The notes below the pieces were generated by a model. The model was not told the origin of the DNA. It did not search any database and was given only the letters and a program-made list of their open reading frames with translations. Shown here piece after piece: positions 26,239 through 38,621 of a stretch of 64,000 bases of DNA. Origin of the DNA: Eledone cirrhosa (Eukaryota). How positions within the stretch are numbered: position 1 is the first letter of the stretch; every line of letters starts with the position of its first letter. The stretch is from the NCBI GenBank assembly GCA_964016885.1, contig OZ024740.1, positions 189,658,001 through 189,722,000 on the forward strand. Reading direction: 5' to 3'. A program made the position numbers and the translations under genes.

Positions 26239-27860
26239 TATACATATATACCGAAATAAAAATACAAATGTTATGAAATGAGAAATTTCCAAAGATTTCA
26301 AATCAGTTATATTAAAGCTGAAACCATTCTTAAAGTTTAGTACAGAACGCATAGATTGAGTATACTAAATAAGATAGGATAAAATTGAAGGGAAATTTCG
26401 CGGACAGTCCTACGAATGCCAATTGACTACGCAGACGTTTCCTTAACTGCTTGCATTTTGGATAAGAGGCTGCATCCATATGTTAGCCCTATTAGTTCTC
26501 AGCTGGGATTACACACGTACAATTAAATAATGTGAAAGCATTAATTTTGGCATTCATATATTTTTTGTAAACCTGACAAGCCTTTCTAAGGATAGTCTAT
26601 CCTTGGTCATACCTATATGAAATAGGTGGGAAAACGCTTTCAAATTACAGGAAAGGGTTTAACTGGTTTTCTTGCATTTGAGAAAAACGACTAAGGTATC
26701 GTGGTTAGATGGCTTTTCATCTAGGCTAATGGTGGGTTAAACAACAATACAAACAACACAAATCCCAATATAAAAGTAATAGAAACAACGATAACAGTAA
26801 ATGTAAATTTCGGATATTGTTACGCGGTCTCATGAACACAAGGCCATATATATTTTGAGGGTGTAGTGGAAGAAATGAACCACACCGTACATATCTGCTG
26901 CCCCATTTTTCATCGACTACTGAAAGAGGAAGTTTAAAGTCAACAACGTTAGGATTCGACATAAGAACATAACGCTTAAATTATTTAGTCCGGTGCTCCT
27001 GCCACCACCGCCAACAACATAAACAACAGCACTCTTCATTAGTTTCTAAAATTGATACAATGTCACAGTTATCTTTTGGAGGTGCTTGGATATCAGCCAT
27101 CAATTATATCGACCAGTACTTGCCTGTTACTTATGTTATCAATCCTAAAAGGATTAAAGGAGAATTTGACCCCGTCGGCACAATTTGAACTCAGTATGTA
27201 AAGAAACGCAAAATTATATATATCGCAAAGCAGTTTGACCGGCGCTTTTGCTGATTATGCCATCGACCAAACGTACATAGTTAATATTGATTTCTTACAT
27301 TGACATAAAGCCATACGTTTGTAACGGAGGTAGGGGGCTATAATCGATTTAATCGACGCCATTACATGACTTTATCGACCGCAAAGGGATGAAAGGCAAA
27401 ATCGTCCGTCCGTAATAGTCAAATGATAATGTATATGGTAGTATCTTAAAACTAAATTAAATCACACACTAACATCTACATTACTGACTACAACACGCCA
27501 GAATGAATGCACATACAAGAAAACATCTCACTAACGTACACTCTATACAAATAGGCACACATCCATACATATATGCATACATACATAATACATACATACG
27601 CGTATACAAGTATATTTAGCAATGTGCTTTCGTAAGTCAGCATTTAACACGGTATTAATGTTTAAAAGCTGCATTACCGATGAAATATATACATATCTAT
27701 ATACATACATCTTATATCTATCTACCTAAATATCTAATAAAGAAATATATCTATCTAAATATCTACCTAATTACCTATATATATACACCCAGCTACCTAA
27801 ATATGTATGTATGTCTGTATATATGCATGCTTGCATGTATGTATGTATATATGATGTATG

Positions 27861-28467
27861 TCATGTCACCAGTTGGTGCTACTGGTAACATGTATCCCAG
27901 TACAACCTGTCTCGTTGTCGGGTCGATGGCGACTAAACTGGCAATCCCACCAAGGTTTCTTTGTGAGGAGGGTGACTTTGGACATCCTGCAGGACTAAAA
28001 ACAAAACCTGTCAAAGGGCAAAGGGGCTCTTAAGAGTCAATGGGCATCTAAAATCACCGGAAGAGATAACCCCTTAGCCTTTGTCAAGGCAGAATTCTAG
28101 GAGAAGGAAAACTCTGATATAACACCTGCAACTCTGATGGTATCCAATGATGTTGACTTGTTCTTCTTTTTGGTAAATATCATCTTGTTTAAAGAGTGGG
28201 ACTGGCTTTGTGCAGTGCCTTTGCTCACTATAAAAGCTTCACGGCACTGGCATTGCTTTATATCTGGATTTCTCTCTGCACTTGTCGTCACATGGTACCA
28301 TCGGCCCAGCACTATCTGTCAATAATTGTTCACAAGTGTAGTGTTTGTACCAGAGTTTTCAAGTCGCTGGCTGGACTAAAATATCACACTCGTTCAGCGC
28401 ATCGGTTGGGGTTCTCCTTCATGGATATAAAGAAGTGGCCGTACTCGAAAACGAGTTGGCAGCCACC
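27861..28467 (+). mobile_element. Short non-autonomous RTE-like derivative (5' UTR-like head fused to 3' end with C2H2 finger)
   Basis: 14-bp duplication ATATATGATGTATG (27847-27860 / 28468-28481); 3' part encodes HKCSVCTRVFKSLAGLKYHTRSAH; the 3' half recurs at 40588-40835 (-). Confidence 0.7.
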
Positions 28468-28554
28468 ATATATGATGTATGATGTATGTATGTGTCTATC
28501 TATATATCCATCTATGAATCTATATATCTAACTATCTATCTATCTATTCATCTA

Positions 28555-28771
28555 AAGGTGAAAGTGCAAAGAGCAGCCCCTCTCTGTGCTCCTAAGGAAA
28601 AGGGTTGCATACTTTTTCGGGGTTGTGTGTAACCCCCAAAACGCCTCCTCCCTAAGGGGACTGTATTTTTAATTTTATATTTGTTTTTGTTTTTTACTCG
28701 TTCCTTTATGTAAACTCCTCCCTTGTATTTGTCCCCTTCTTTTGTTCCCTCGTGGCAAATAAATAGAAACT
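28555..28771 (+). mobile_element. 3'-terminal fragment of a Tx1-like LINE in an (ATCT)n tract
   Basis: Homologous to the 3' UTR at 32505-32731 (TTTTTCGGGGT..TGTAACC, TTGTATTTGTCCCC, GTGGC.AATAAAT); flanked by ATCT repeats. Confidence 0.7.
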
Positions 28772-28789
28772 TATCTATCTATCTATCTA

Positions 28790-31700
28790 TTAAAAACCCT
28801 TCGGTGGGGACCGAAGGGAAAACTTTAACACACTCTGCGGAGAATCCTAATCTTAAAATGATTAGAATCTCCATGGACACACATAAACAGTTAAAAGAAA
28901 AATTTCATAACGACGTAGGCAACCCCTGTGTCAAACCCTATATCCGCATTCCTTTTGAAATGTTCCCCCCCCCCACACACACACATTCCCACCCCAGACA
29001 ACCCCCACCCCGCCTGACATCCCCTCCCCACCAACCATCTCCGTCCCCACCCCACCAGAGACCACCACCCGACCAAACAACCCCTCCAACACCCCTATGG
29101 AAATTGTGCAGCCTGGTCCCCAGGAGACGAAGAGGTGAGCGATTTCTTTTCCTCTTCTTTTAACTTTTCAGCACCAACTAGGCCAATATAAGAGTGGATT
29201 TGTGAATGTACGCGGCCTGGGGATGCCCTGGAAATAGGGTAAACTCTTAAACGAGCTCAGGTCGCACAGTATGGATGTAGTAGCCATTTGCGTGTCCAGG
29301 ATCCAAAGCGAGCGACAACTGGCCCCCATCTTCGAAGATTTTGAGATCTACGCATCTCTCTGTCAACCGGGAGGTGGGGTGGAATTGCCGTTTTGCTGCG
29401 GAAACACCTGGACCTCGTAACACAGACGGTACATCTGGACCCGGAGGGTCGACTGGTGGTCCTAGACGTTGACGGTAGTGAAGGTGGAGCCTTCACGCTG
29501 GTGGCCGCATATGCCCCATTCGGCACACCGCGGCCAGATTTCTTCAAACGTCTAGAGACTTTTCTGGGAACTTTCCGCTCCCTACTGTTAGTGGGGGACT
29601 GGAATGGAATCCTAGATGCACGTTGGGACTATGTGGGAGCATGTCCAGATAGAGTGTGTGTGTGTGTGTGGGGGGGGGGGGGGGGTGTTAACAGCCTCAA
29701 ACAGTTAATCGGCCGATTTGACCTGGCCGATAGATATCGACTAGATTTTCCGACTGCGCCACTGTGGACGTGGACAAAAAATCAGCGGAACATCTAGATC
29801 GTACCTAGATAGGGTTCTAATTAGCTGTCCACAAATGTTCATGGTTGCCTATTCAGATCACAAATTAGTGACATGCTTAGTCAACCTTGACAAAACCCAT
29901 AGTCAGGACCCGGCTACTGGAAGCTGAACTTGTCGTTACCGACATGCATAGCCTAGAGTAGACGGATTAGCACTTTAGTTAAGCAGCACTTGACGGGGTC
30001 CATTGTCAACAACAGATGGTGGTACTCACTCAAGACGGCAGTTAGATTAGACTCGATAGGTTTTAGTAAAGAATTAGTGTTAGATAGAAATAAGATCGAA
30101 AAGGAACTGATAGATAAAATAGAAGAGGCACTTAGGAGTGGGAATGTAGCCAGCGTGCTAGCGACGAGAACGGCCTTGGACCCGTTCTTCGACGCAAAGC
30201 ATGAAGGCTGCGTTGTCAGAAGCAAAATACGTGCTCTGGGAAACGAGGGAAAAAGCTGTTAGCTGGGCCCGAATGACGGAGGCGAAAAGTGGCAACAAGT
30301 GCACGATTTGGTCTTTAAAGGAGCAAGACGGACGCGTGATATGTGAGCCGAAGCAAATGAGCGCGGCCTTTCAGCGGCACTTTGTTCAACTGTTCGGGCA
30401 GGGCGGCGCGCCAGGTGGGGCTATGGATTTCGGTTTGTACCTCGACGGCCTACCGCGACTCTCGGACAGCGAGGCGAAGTTCTGCGAAAGGCCGATTTCG
30501 GCCGTAGAGATAGGGGACGCGCTGAGCCAATGCGGCAAACGCAAATATCCAGGTCTCGACGGTCTACCCTACGGATTTTACGTAGCAATTCCGGACTTGT
30601 TTTCCGGTCTCCTGGAAGCGGTCTACTGCAACTGGCAACAGAACGGGAGAATTTCCCAATTCTGTGACCAATGACATAATCACGTTAGTCAGGAAGGACG
30701 AGAACAAGGGGCATGACATAGGCAACTTGCGGCCCATAACTCTGCTCAACACAGAATTACAGATTTTGGCCAAGATGTTGGCAAAGAGGCTGGCGCTTGT
30801 CATCGAAAACCTGGTGAGAGAAGTGCAGACAGCGCAATCCCGACCAGGTCCATACACGATAACCTCCACCTCATGCGATACATCATAGAGAGTACAGGGT
30901 GTAAACCCGGCTTCGGTGGGGCCCTGATAAACTTGGATCATTCTAAGGCTTTCGATAGGGTTGACCATCGTTACCTGGATGCGGTGGTCGAGGCGGTAGG
31001 CTTCGTTCCGTATTCAGGGGCTGGATTGCTGCAATGCACAACAGTAACATCTGCTCAAGGGTCAAGGTAAACGGCTACCTCTCGGAGCCGTTCTATATCA
31101 CGCTATCCATCCGACAGAGATGCCTTCTCTCCTGCCTTCTGTACGTACTGACTCTCGAGCCAGTACTGCGGAAGTTTGAGCTATTGCAAGGTATCCCTTT
31201 GGAACTGGGACTGCGAAAAATCGGCGTCAGCCTACGCCGACAACGTGACAGTAATGGTGTCGAACCCCTTGCAAATCGGAGAGGTCGGCGCCTTACTGAA
31301 GGAATACGAAATGTTCACAGGAGCGAAGCTGACCCGGGACAAATCCGTCAGTTTGCAACTCGGAACGTGGAGAGGCAAACCGATGCCTTCCGATAGCGTC
31401 GTCGGACGCTGTATGGAAGGACTGGTAAAGCTGCTCGGGGTCTGGTTTGGTCCGGACATCCAGGTGGAGAAGAACTGGAACGAGGTGACGGCCCAGGTGC
31501 TTGCCCTCATCCAGAAGTGGGCCGAGTGCAAACTATCCTTGAAAGGCTGAGTGGAGGTAGCGAAACTTTTATAGCGTCCGTCATCTACTACCGCTTGATC
31601 GTCGTGCCTTGTCCAGCCAAAACGCTCACCAAAATGGAGAGCGCGCTCTTCCATTTCCTTTAGAAGAAACGCGCATCTTTGATGAGAAGATCCATCTGCT

Positions 31701-32731
31701 ACCAACACCCTTCAAACGGAGGGATGGGGATGCCGTGGCTGACGATGCGCAAACACGCGCTCAGGCTGTGGCACCTCCACGTATTCCTCACCGGACAACC
31801 GGTGTGGGCCCCGTTCGTGGGGCGTGCCTTCCTACGACTCGTCTCGCTGACCGAGCTGCAATCCTGGGTCAAAAAAAGACCGAGGAAAATGGGCGACTGG
31901 CACAACTAATGTGCTCAGGCGCTCACAGTCCTCTGGCAAAAGGACCCGGCGATCAGTGGAGACTCCACTTCGACATTCTATAGAGGGTTGCTCTGCAGCA
32001 GGTGCGACAACGGGCTCGGAGAAACTCTAGGCGGAGAGGAGGAGGAACGGCCAGTCTGTTCGGCAGGACGTTCCGCCCGGGACCAATGGACCACTTCAAA
32101 AAGTCCCTGGCCTGGCAGTGCTACCGGGGAGCTCTACCAGTTCGAGACAAGCTCTACAGACACGCCGCCCTGGTAGGGACCCTTCGAAAAAGATTTGTTC
32201 GAGATGCGTGCGCGACGAAGAAACCGCCGCGGACGCATTTGTACACTGCCCGGGCGTTACCGAGGGAGAGGCGGTTTTCCTATGTGTTATGGCTATGGTG
32301 AAAGAGGTTATATGGTGGACGAGGTGAAAAGGGCTGAGATCAGACACCTTTCTCTTCGGCGAGCAACTGATTCGTTTTTTCAAATATCATTTTGGAAGAA
32401 GAGTCAGGATAGAGAGAGAGGTGCTGTACCCCAGCAAATTTTATGTGGGTGAATGTGGCAAAGATGGCCCGAATGGTTGGGCCTTCTCTCTATATAAGCC
32501 TCTAGGTTGAGGAAAAAGAGGAAGAGAGGAAGGGAGTACTCACACTTGGTGCTCCATGAGGGTTGTACATTTTTTCGGGGTGTGTACAACCTCTGTGTAA
32601 CGCCTCCCCCCTATTGGAGAGTTCAATTGTTATATGTTATTTTATTAATAGTTTTATTTTCATATACCGGAATGTAAACTCCCGATTTGTATTTGTCCCC
32701 TTATTTTGTGCCCTTGTGGCTAATAAATAAA
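28790..32731 (+). mobile_element. Decayed Tx1/L1-clade LINE (APE endonuclease, RT, zinc knuckle)
   Basis: GFVNVRGLG (~29196), LDPEGRLVVLDV...AAYAP, LVGDWN, YSDHKLV, PGYWKLN, KYPGLDGLPY, KAFDRVDH, AYADN; frameshifts and stops; (ATCT)n on both sides. Confidence 0.9.
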
Positions 32732-32732
32732 T

Positions 32733-32794
<62 letters not shown>

Positions 32795-33229
32795 GCTTGT
32801 CTATCTATCTGTATATTCTGTGTCTCTCACTCTCAGCATATGGTCAAATGGGTATGAAGTTCGCTTCGAAATAATGATGTTTTGGGATCGACCCCTTTAT
32901 GTCTCAGCTTTGACAAATACGTGATTTATACCATAACCTTGCAACACAACTCATCTAAAAGGACGAAGAGCGTGGAATGCTCAGCCATGAAAGTAGACGG
33001 GTAAATTGGGAACGATTCATGTTGAACTCTCTTTACCTCAATCTGTCTCTCTCAATTTTAAATTTGCTGAGAAAGCGATACCTTCCTTAATTTTCTGTAG
33101 CAAACAAGGTCCATTAAAATGGTTGAAAATACCATCCTGGGAGTGCTGGGAACGCAGAAAGAAAGAAATAAGAGAAAGTTTGGAGTGATTGAGAGCAATT
33201 AACGGGTGGGAGAGATGCATCAGTGCGAC

Positions 33230-33340
<111 letters not shown>

Positions 33341-33459
33341 TCTAGAATCCCGAAGCGGCGCCAATTATGTATAATTTTATATAAATAAAGCTACATGTTC
33401 CTAACACGATTAAAGATGGCGAGTGTGGTTTTTAAATTCACCTCACTTCTTCTGATTTA

Positions 33460-33578
33460 GGAATGTTGGAGTAGGCGCAATTCCTCCAATTCTTGCATTT
33501 ATTTCAGGCTCCTGCCTTCCATCACTCGTAAACACGGACCTGAGAAACCTGAACTTCTTCACCTGCTTCAGAAAACGT
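33460..33578 (-). mobile_element. Small RTE-like LINE fragment
   Basis: Minus strand LKQVKKFRFLRSVFTSDGRQEPEINARIG. Confidence 0.55.
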
Positions 33579-34214
33579 TAAAAAACCTATATTTCAATCG
33601 TCTGCACCGTACGGCTTCGTTCCCACCAAAAAATACTGATTACAAATTATTAATCAGTATTTAGGTCTTACGAGATCTCCTCACCAAGCTAGTCTTGTCT
33701 TAAGAAGAAACGAGCGAAAGTTCAATTCATCTACAGAGAAATATAAAGCCCACAATTTCCATGCTACCGCATTTTGTTAGTGTAGCAACCAGATGTGAGA
33801 TACCATATAATTAAAGTGCTGTCATGTCGAGAGCATGACGGACTAAGCAGTGAGGGTGAATTGGCAGAAGGATGCTAAAAAATAGTACAACGTACATCGT
33901 CAATCACAATATTTAACGAACCATTCAAATCAAATTACCTATATATATATATATAAACGGAAAAAATGAAACGAAATTTCATTTCTCACTCCTAGTACGG
34001 CTGTTACTTAAATATAAGTATGTATACGTACATACATATATGCTATACAGACGTACAATAGTATGTATACATATATGCACACATATATATATCTACGTAT
34101 GGATTCACCGAACATTTATTATAATGCTCGGAGTGTTTGTTAACAAACATCCCGAATTAAGCCGTACAGTGTCTAGCAACCATCGTTGCTCATTTGTTCA
34201 ACACTGACAAAGGA

Positions 34215-34257
34215 ACGCTGTACTAGTTTCAAACTTATTAGCTATCGTCAGCAACGT
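34215..34257 (-). ncRNA. Minimal type I hammerhead ribozyme
   Basis: ACGTTG-CTGACGA-T-AGCT(aata)AGTT-T-GAAA-CTAG-TA-CAGCGT. Confidence 0.8.
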
Positions 34258-34329
34258 ATACCATCCTGCCAGATGATTGAACGTCTGAAAGTATATACTT
34301 TCCTTATGCATATACGCACAGGAAGGTAT

Positions 34330-34372
34330 ACGTTGCTGACGATAGCCAATAGGCTTGAAACTAGTACAGCGT
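34330..34372 (+). ncRNA. Minimal type I hammerhead ribozyme
   Basis: ACGTTG-CTGACGA-T-AGCC(aata)GGCT-T-GAAA-CTAG-TA-CAGCGT; predicted GUA cleavage after 34366. Confidence 0.85.
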
Positions 34373-34759
34373 TCCTTTGTCAGTGTTGAACAAATGAGCA
34401 ACGATGGTTGCTAGACACTGTACGGCTTAATTCGGGATGTTTGTTTACAAACACACCGAGCATTATAATAAATGTTCGGTAAAAACGATACGTACATATA
34501 TATATGTGTGCATGTATGTATATATATATACATACTACCGTACGTCTGTATACATATATGTATGTACGTATACATTCTTATATTTAAGTAACAGCCGTAC
34601 TAAGAGTGAGAAATGAAATTTAGTTTCATTATTTCCGTTTATCGTTTTCGGTACCCGGGCCCATTAACTCTCTCGATATGCATATTAGGCTGCTCAGCCG
34701 TTATCATGCATAAGGAAAGTATATACTTTCAGACGTTCAATCATCTGGCAGGAAGGTGT

Positions 34760-34802
34760 ACGTTGCTGACGATAGCTAATAAGCTTGAAACTAGTACACC
34801 GT
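34760..34802 (+). ncRNA. Minimal type I hammerhead ribozyme
   Basis: ACGTTG-CTGACGA-T-AGCT(aata)AGCT-T-GAAA-CTAG-TA-CACCGT. Confidence 0.8.
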
Positions 34803-35005
34803 TCCTTTGTTAGTGTTGAACAAATGAGCAACGATGGTTGCTAGACACTGTACGGCTTAATTCGGGATGTTTGTTTACAAACACTCCGAGCATTATAATA
34901 AATGTTCGGTGAATCCATACGTACATATATATATGTGTGCATGTATGTATATATATATACATACTACTGTACGTCTGTATACATATATGTATGTACGTAT
35001 ACATA

Positions 35006-35047
<42 letters not shown>

Positions 35048-35267
35048 CATGCACACATGTATGTATCTCTATGAATATAAACACACACAGACACATTATA
35101 ATTATATATATATATATATATATATATAACCAAAGATTAATATGGTTCGTTGATTATTGAATGAATACAAATTTACAATAGATTAAAAGCACTCAACAAC
35201 TAAGTGTTCCTGGAGTTTTTAATATTAATTAAAATATTAACAAATGAAACATATTGACATAATCAAA

Positions 35268-35340
35268 ATATATGCTTTAATATATATATTTCAAATGTAG
35301 TGTGTTTTTTTTTCAGTACGTCCTCATCAGATAACATATA
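35268..35340 (-). ncRNA. Degenerate HHR related to the 55014/57446 family
   Basis: Minus strand TATATGTTAT-CTGATGA-GGACGTACT...ACTACATTT-GAAA-TATATA-TA-TTAAAGCATATA; the flank AAAGCACTCAACAA is shared with 54352 and 60340. Confidence 0.5.
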
Positions 35341-35414
35341 TGATTTGATAATGACATACCGCTACGGTCTTGATTATACAATTCCAGTATTGTATTGATA
35401 TTATATATATATAT

Positions 35415-35505
35415 TAAATAAAGTAATTGTGGTAAGCAACCTGATGGACCATAACGCACCAGAGTACTCAATACTTAAGGTAGTAGAGTGGGAAATAGGA
35501 AAAAA
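35415..35505 (-). mobile_element. ~90-bp terminal fragment of the PLE pseudo-LTR between (TA)n tracts
   Basis: Reverse complement matches 46323-46400 (CCCACTCTACTACC.TAAGTATTGAGTACT.TGGTGCGTTATGGTCCA). Confidence 0.75.
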
Positions 35506-35527
35506 GTATGTCGGGGTCATACTTTTT

Positions 35528-35596
<69 letters not shown>

Positions 35597-35598
35597 GT

Positions 35599-35747
35599 AT
35601 TCTGGCGAAGAATATAGTCACTAGAAGTAAGCGTGACTTAATAGTTAATACTTATATATATATTTGTGTGTGTATTAGTATGCGTATATATAAGTACTAA
35701 TTATTAAGTTACGCTTACTTCTAGTCACTATATTCTTCGCCAGAATA
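35599..35747. repeat. Fold-back inverted repeat next to (TA)n
   Basis: TATTCTGGCGAAGAATATAGT..CTAGAAGTAAGCGT mirrored by ACGCTTACTTCTAG..ACTATATTCTTCGCCAGAATA. Confidence 0.85.
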
Positions 35748-38158
35748 TAATTTGATAGTTGCTTTCAAAGCTTACAACCTTCATATTATCGCAAGACGGG
35801 TGATTTTCAGATATTATTGTTCTCTGATAAAATAGTTAATCGATTGAATCTATTAAACACTTATACCTCGCAGATAATATGATAATAGCAAGACTTGAGA
35901 TATGCAACATCGATGTAGTTTGAAACGGATGGAAGCATTTGAAACTAGAAGCGTGATAGCTTTGTTGTTTAGATAAAGGATAAAAGAACTATTGCAAAAT
36001 GATATAGAGATTACGGCATTTGAGAACACACGTAAGAAAGCAGACCTTACATTGTTTACACACAGCATGGTACATTACATTCGTGTAGAGGAGTACTATT
36101 AGTGAAAGTTACTTTAATCCACATTCTCAAAGGTTTCTGCAAATATGTATTCCATTGAACGTGTTGTTAGTTGAGAAATAATGTTACTTTCTTTGAATAT
36201 ACAAATAAGTAATCTATGCTTTCCTTTATAACATTTCGTGGATATAATTAGCTTTCGATTTATTCGTTTATGCTATCAAGGAAGATCCGTGTGTATTTAT
36301 TTGTATGTGTATATCTGAAAGAAGCCTAGCTATTCATAACATTTTGTGTTATATTATTTGGCGTGAAGGAGTCAGTGTCTATTGCTTAGTTGGTCCTCTG
36401 AGACAGGTTAAATTGCTGCTTTAATTATTTTGTTTCGAAGACTGCATGGAGTACATTTCAGACTGCTTACCGTTTAGATACTGTTATTGTCTTGTGGATG
36501 TTGAATTTGGACGTTTAGAATAGTTCAATCGTGTTTGGAGTGTTTATATTGGTCAGGAAATTTTGTATAATGATTTGGAGAATTGGAGACTATAAACAGA
36601 CAGCCGTATATGAGTGTTATGACAAAGAGGAATTCTAAATACTGAAGTAAACATGGACAATGGATTTGGAGATGGGTTAAGTGATATATATATATGTTTG
36701 TGTGAGTGTGTGTGTCTGTCTGTGCCTGTGTCTGTGTGTGTATAAATGGAGCTGTCTGTGGTTAGGGAGCTCAGAGATCTTTAGACGAAGTAGTAATAGG
36801 ACTAAGAAAGAGGGTCTCTGAGCTAGGGTAAATATCCGACTAAGTTGCTGATATCTAGGGATTTGCCGGGCGTATACGGATAATCAGACGCCATCATGTA
36901 AAGTGTATTATCTGCAGAGCAGAAGTATACTTTAGATGAGGGTTCAAATATTTGTGTCAGAGAGGAATAACACATAAATTTGTTTATTAGTAATTTGAGT
37001 GGAACGGAATTCAAGGATATTAGGGGAAAAGACGAAGAATTAAACAGCCGATTTAATTTTAGGTTTCATCTTGGGAATGTGGAAAGCATGACCGGCCCGT
37101 TTAGAGGTTGCGGAAACCAGCAGTGGGGAGCTTGATATAAATGCTTGCAATATAACGAATGTATGAACCTACTACGAATAACGAGACTACATTTGAAACA
37201 TCACACATTCTTATTGTTCAGTTGCTTTAACAGAGTGTTTTACAAACTTGCTGTTCTATACTCGTCGTGGATGTGCGTGTGCAAGAACCCTTGCTAGTGG
37301 ACATGGAAAACTAGACTAGACTTGAATCCAACCCTGACAATCTAGTCACCCCGTTACTTACGATACATAGACTTACCAACAGGTACATCGAGCGGTCAAA
37401 TTATTGAAATGATTTTAAAAAATTTATTTATGGCTACTTTATTATTCGGTAACTAAATACATTTCCTGCAGAACATCCGCCGGTGTTTCGTTGGTCATGT
37501 GGAATTGTAAACACGTTACGGAATTTAGTTAACAGTTTGAATCTCTGGTTGAGGTTTAACACAACATAAATATACATACACAAAACATAACACCGAAACT
37601 ATGTTTATTGCAATTAAGTAAAAATGTAAAACTCATAGGATTCTATAGATAGTGTTTCGATACTTGCTAGAACTTACGAAATAAATTTCAAAATTTAAAT
37701 TAAGTCGAATATTATATGTAATTATTCTTATAGGGAAAATAAAATTAGTCACAGAGAGATATCGTTACTTAAACTATGTACCATATCCACTTTTTCAAAC
37801 TAACACGGACCCATCATGCCTGACGCTAGGAAACGATGGTCGATTGTTCAATGCCTGAAAATGTATTGGATTATTTCTAAATGCCTCTTATATTCTAGGT
37901 TCGTTTCATGGCAGAAAACGTTATACTACATTAATGTAGTTAACCTGACATTTGAGAATGGTGATGAGATGATTTAGTAGTCTCTGATAGTAGACAGATT
38001 CCCTCAGTCGTTTCAGTACATTTTATGGGATTGGATTGCTTATTATTCTCACAGTATCCATCACCAGTTTAGAAAATGTTCTCAGATCTGTTAGATATTT
38101 AAATATGCCAGTCGATATGCATTCATTGTCTGCTAGTAAAAAGTTGTTAAATGTTATA

Positions 38159-38350
38159 ATAATTGTTTCTACGTTTGGCACAAGGCCAGCAATTATTCAA
38201 TGCATTACTGGTACTTTATTTTATCGACCCCGTAAGGATGAAAGGCAAAGTTAACCTCGGCGGGATTTGAACTCAGAATGGCAAGGGCCGTAACTCTATG
38301 CGTCAAAGCATGGCGTCCGACCCTCTACCGATACTGCCAATCTACCGCCC
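38159..38350 (-). mobile_element. tRNA-derived SINE
   Basis: Reverse-complement copy of the 4503/7681 family. Confidence 0.85.
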
Positions 38351-38454
38351 TTAAATGTTATAATAATGTTATTATTATTTAGTTTCAACTTCCGTATCTT
38401 GATACCAGAATCAACATTTCCGCTTGAATAGAAGGATCACATTAAGGAATGTGG

Positions 38455-38504
<50 letters not shown>

Positions 38505-38523
38505 ACAAGCATACATACACACA

Positions 38524-38621
<98 letters not shown>

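Larger units (their letters stand above)
33953..35008. mobile_element. Non-coding HHR-bearing repeat: inverted copy (33953-34311) plus tandem 430-bp units (34319-35008), in (TA)n
   Basis: HHR motif recurs at 34330 and 34760 (period 430) and inverted at 34215-34257. Confidence 0.85.

Noticed and set aside
36480-37010. Very old CR1/L2-like LINE remnant on the minus strand
   Set aside because: Only vague motif similarity (e.g. SADNTLY); too degraded to support without a profile search.
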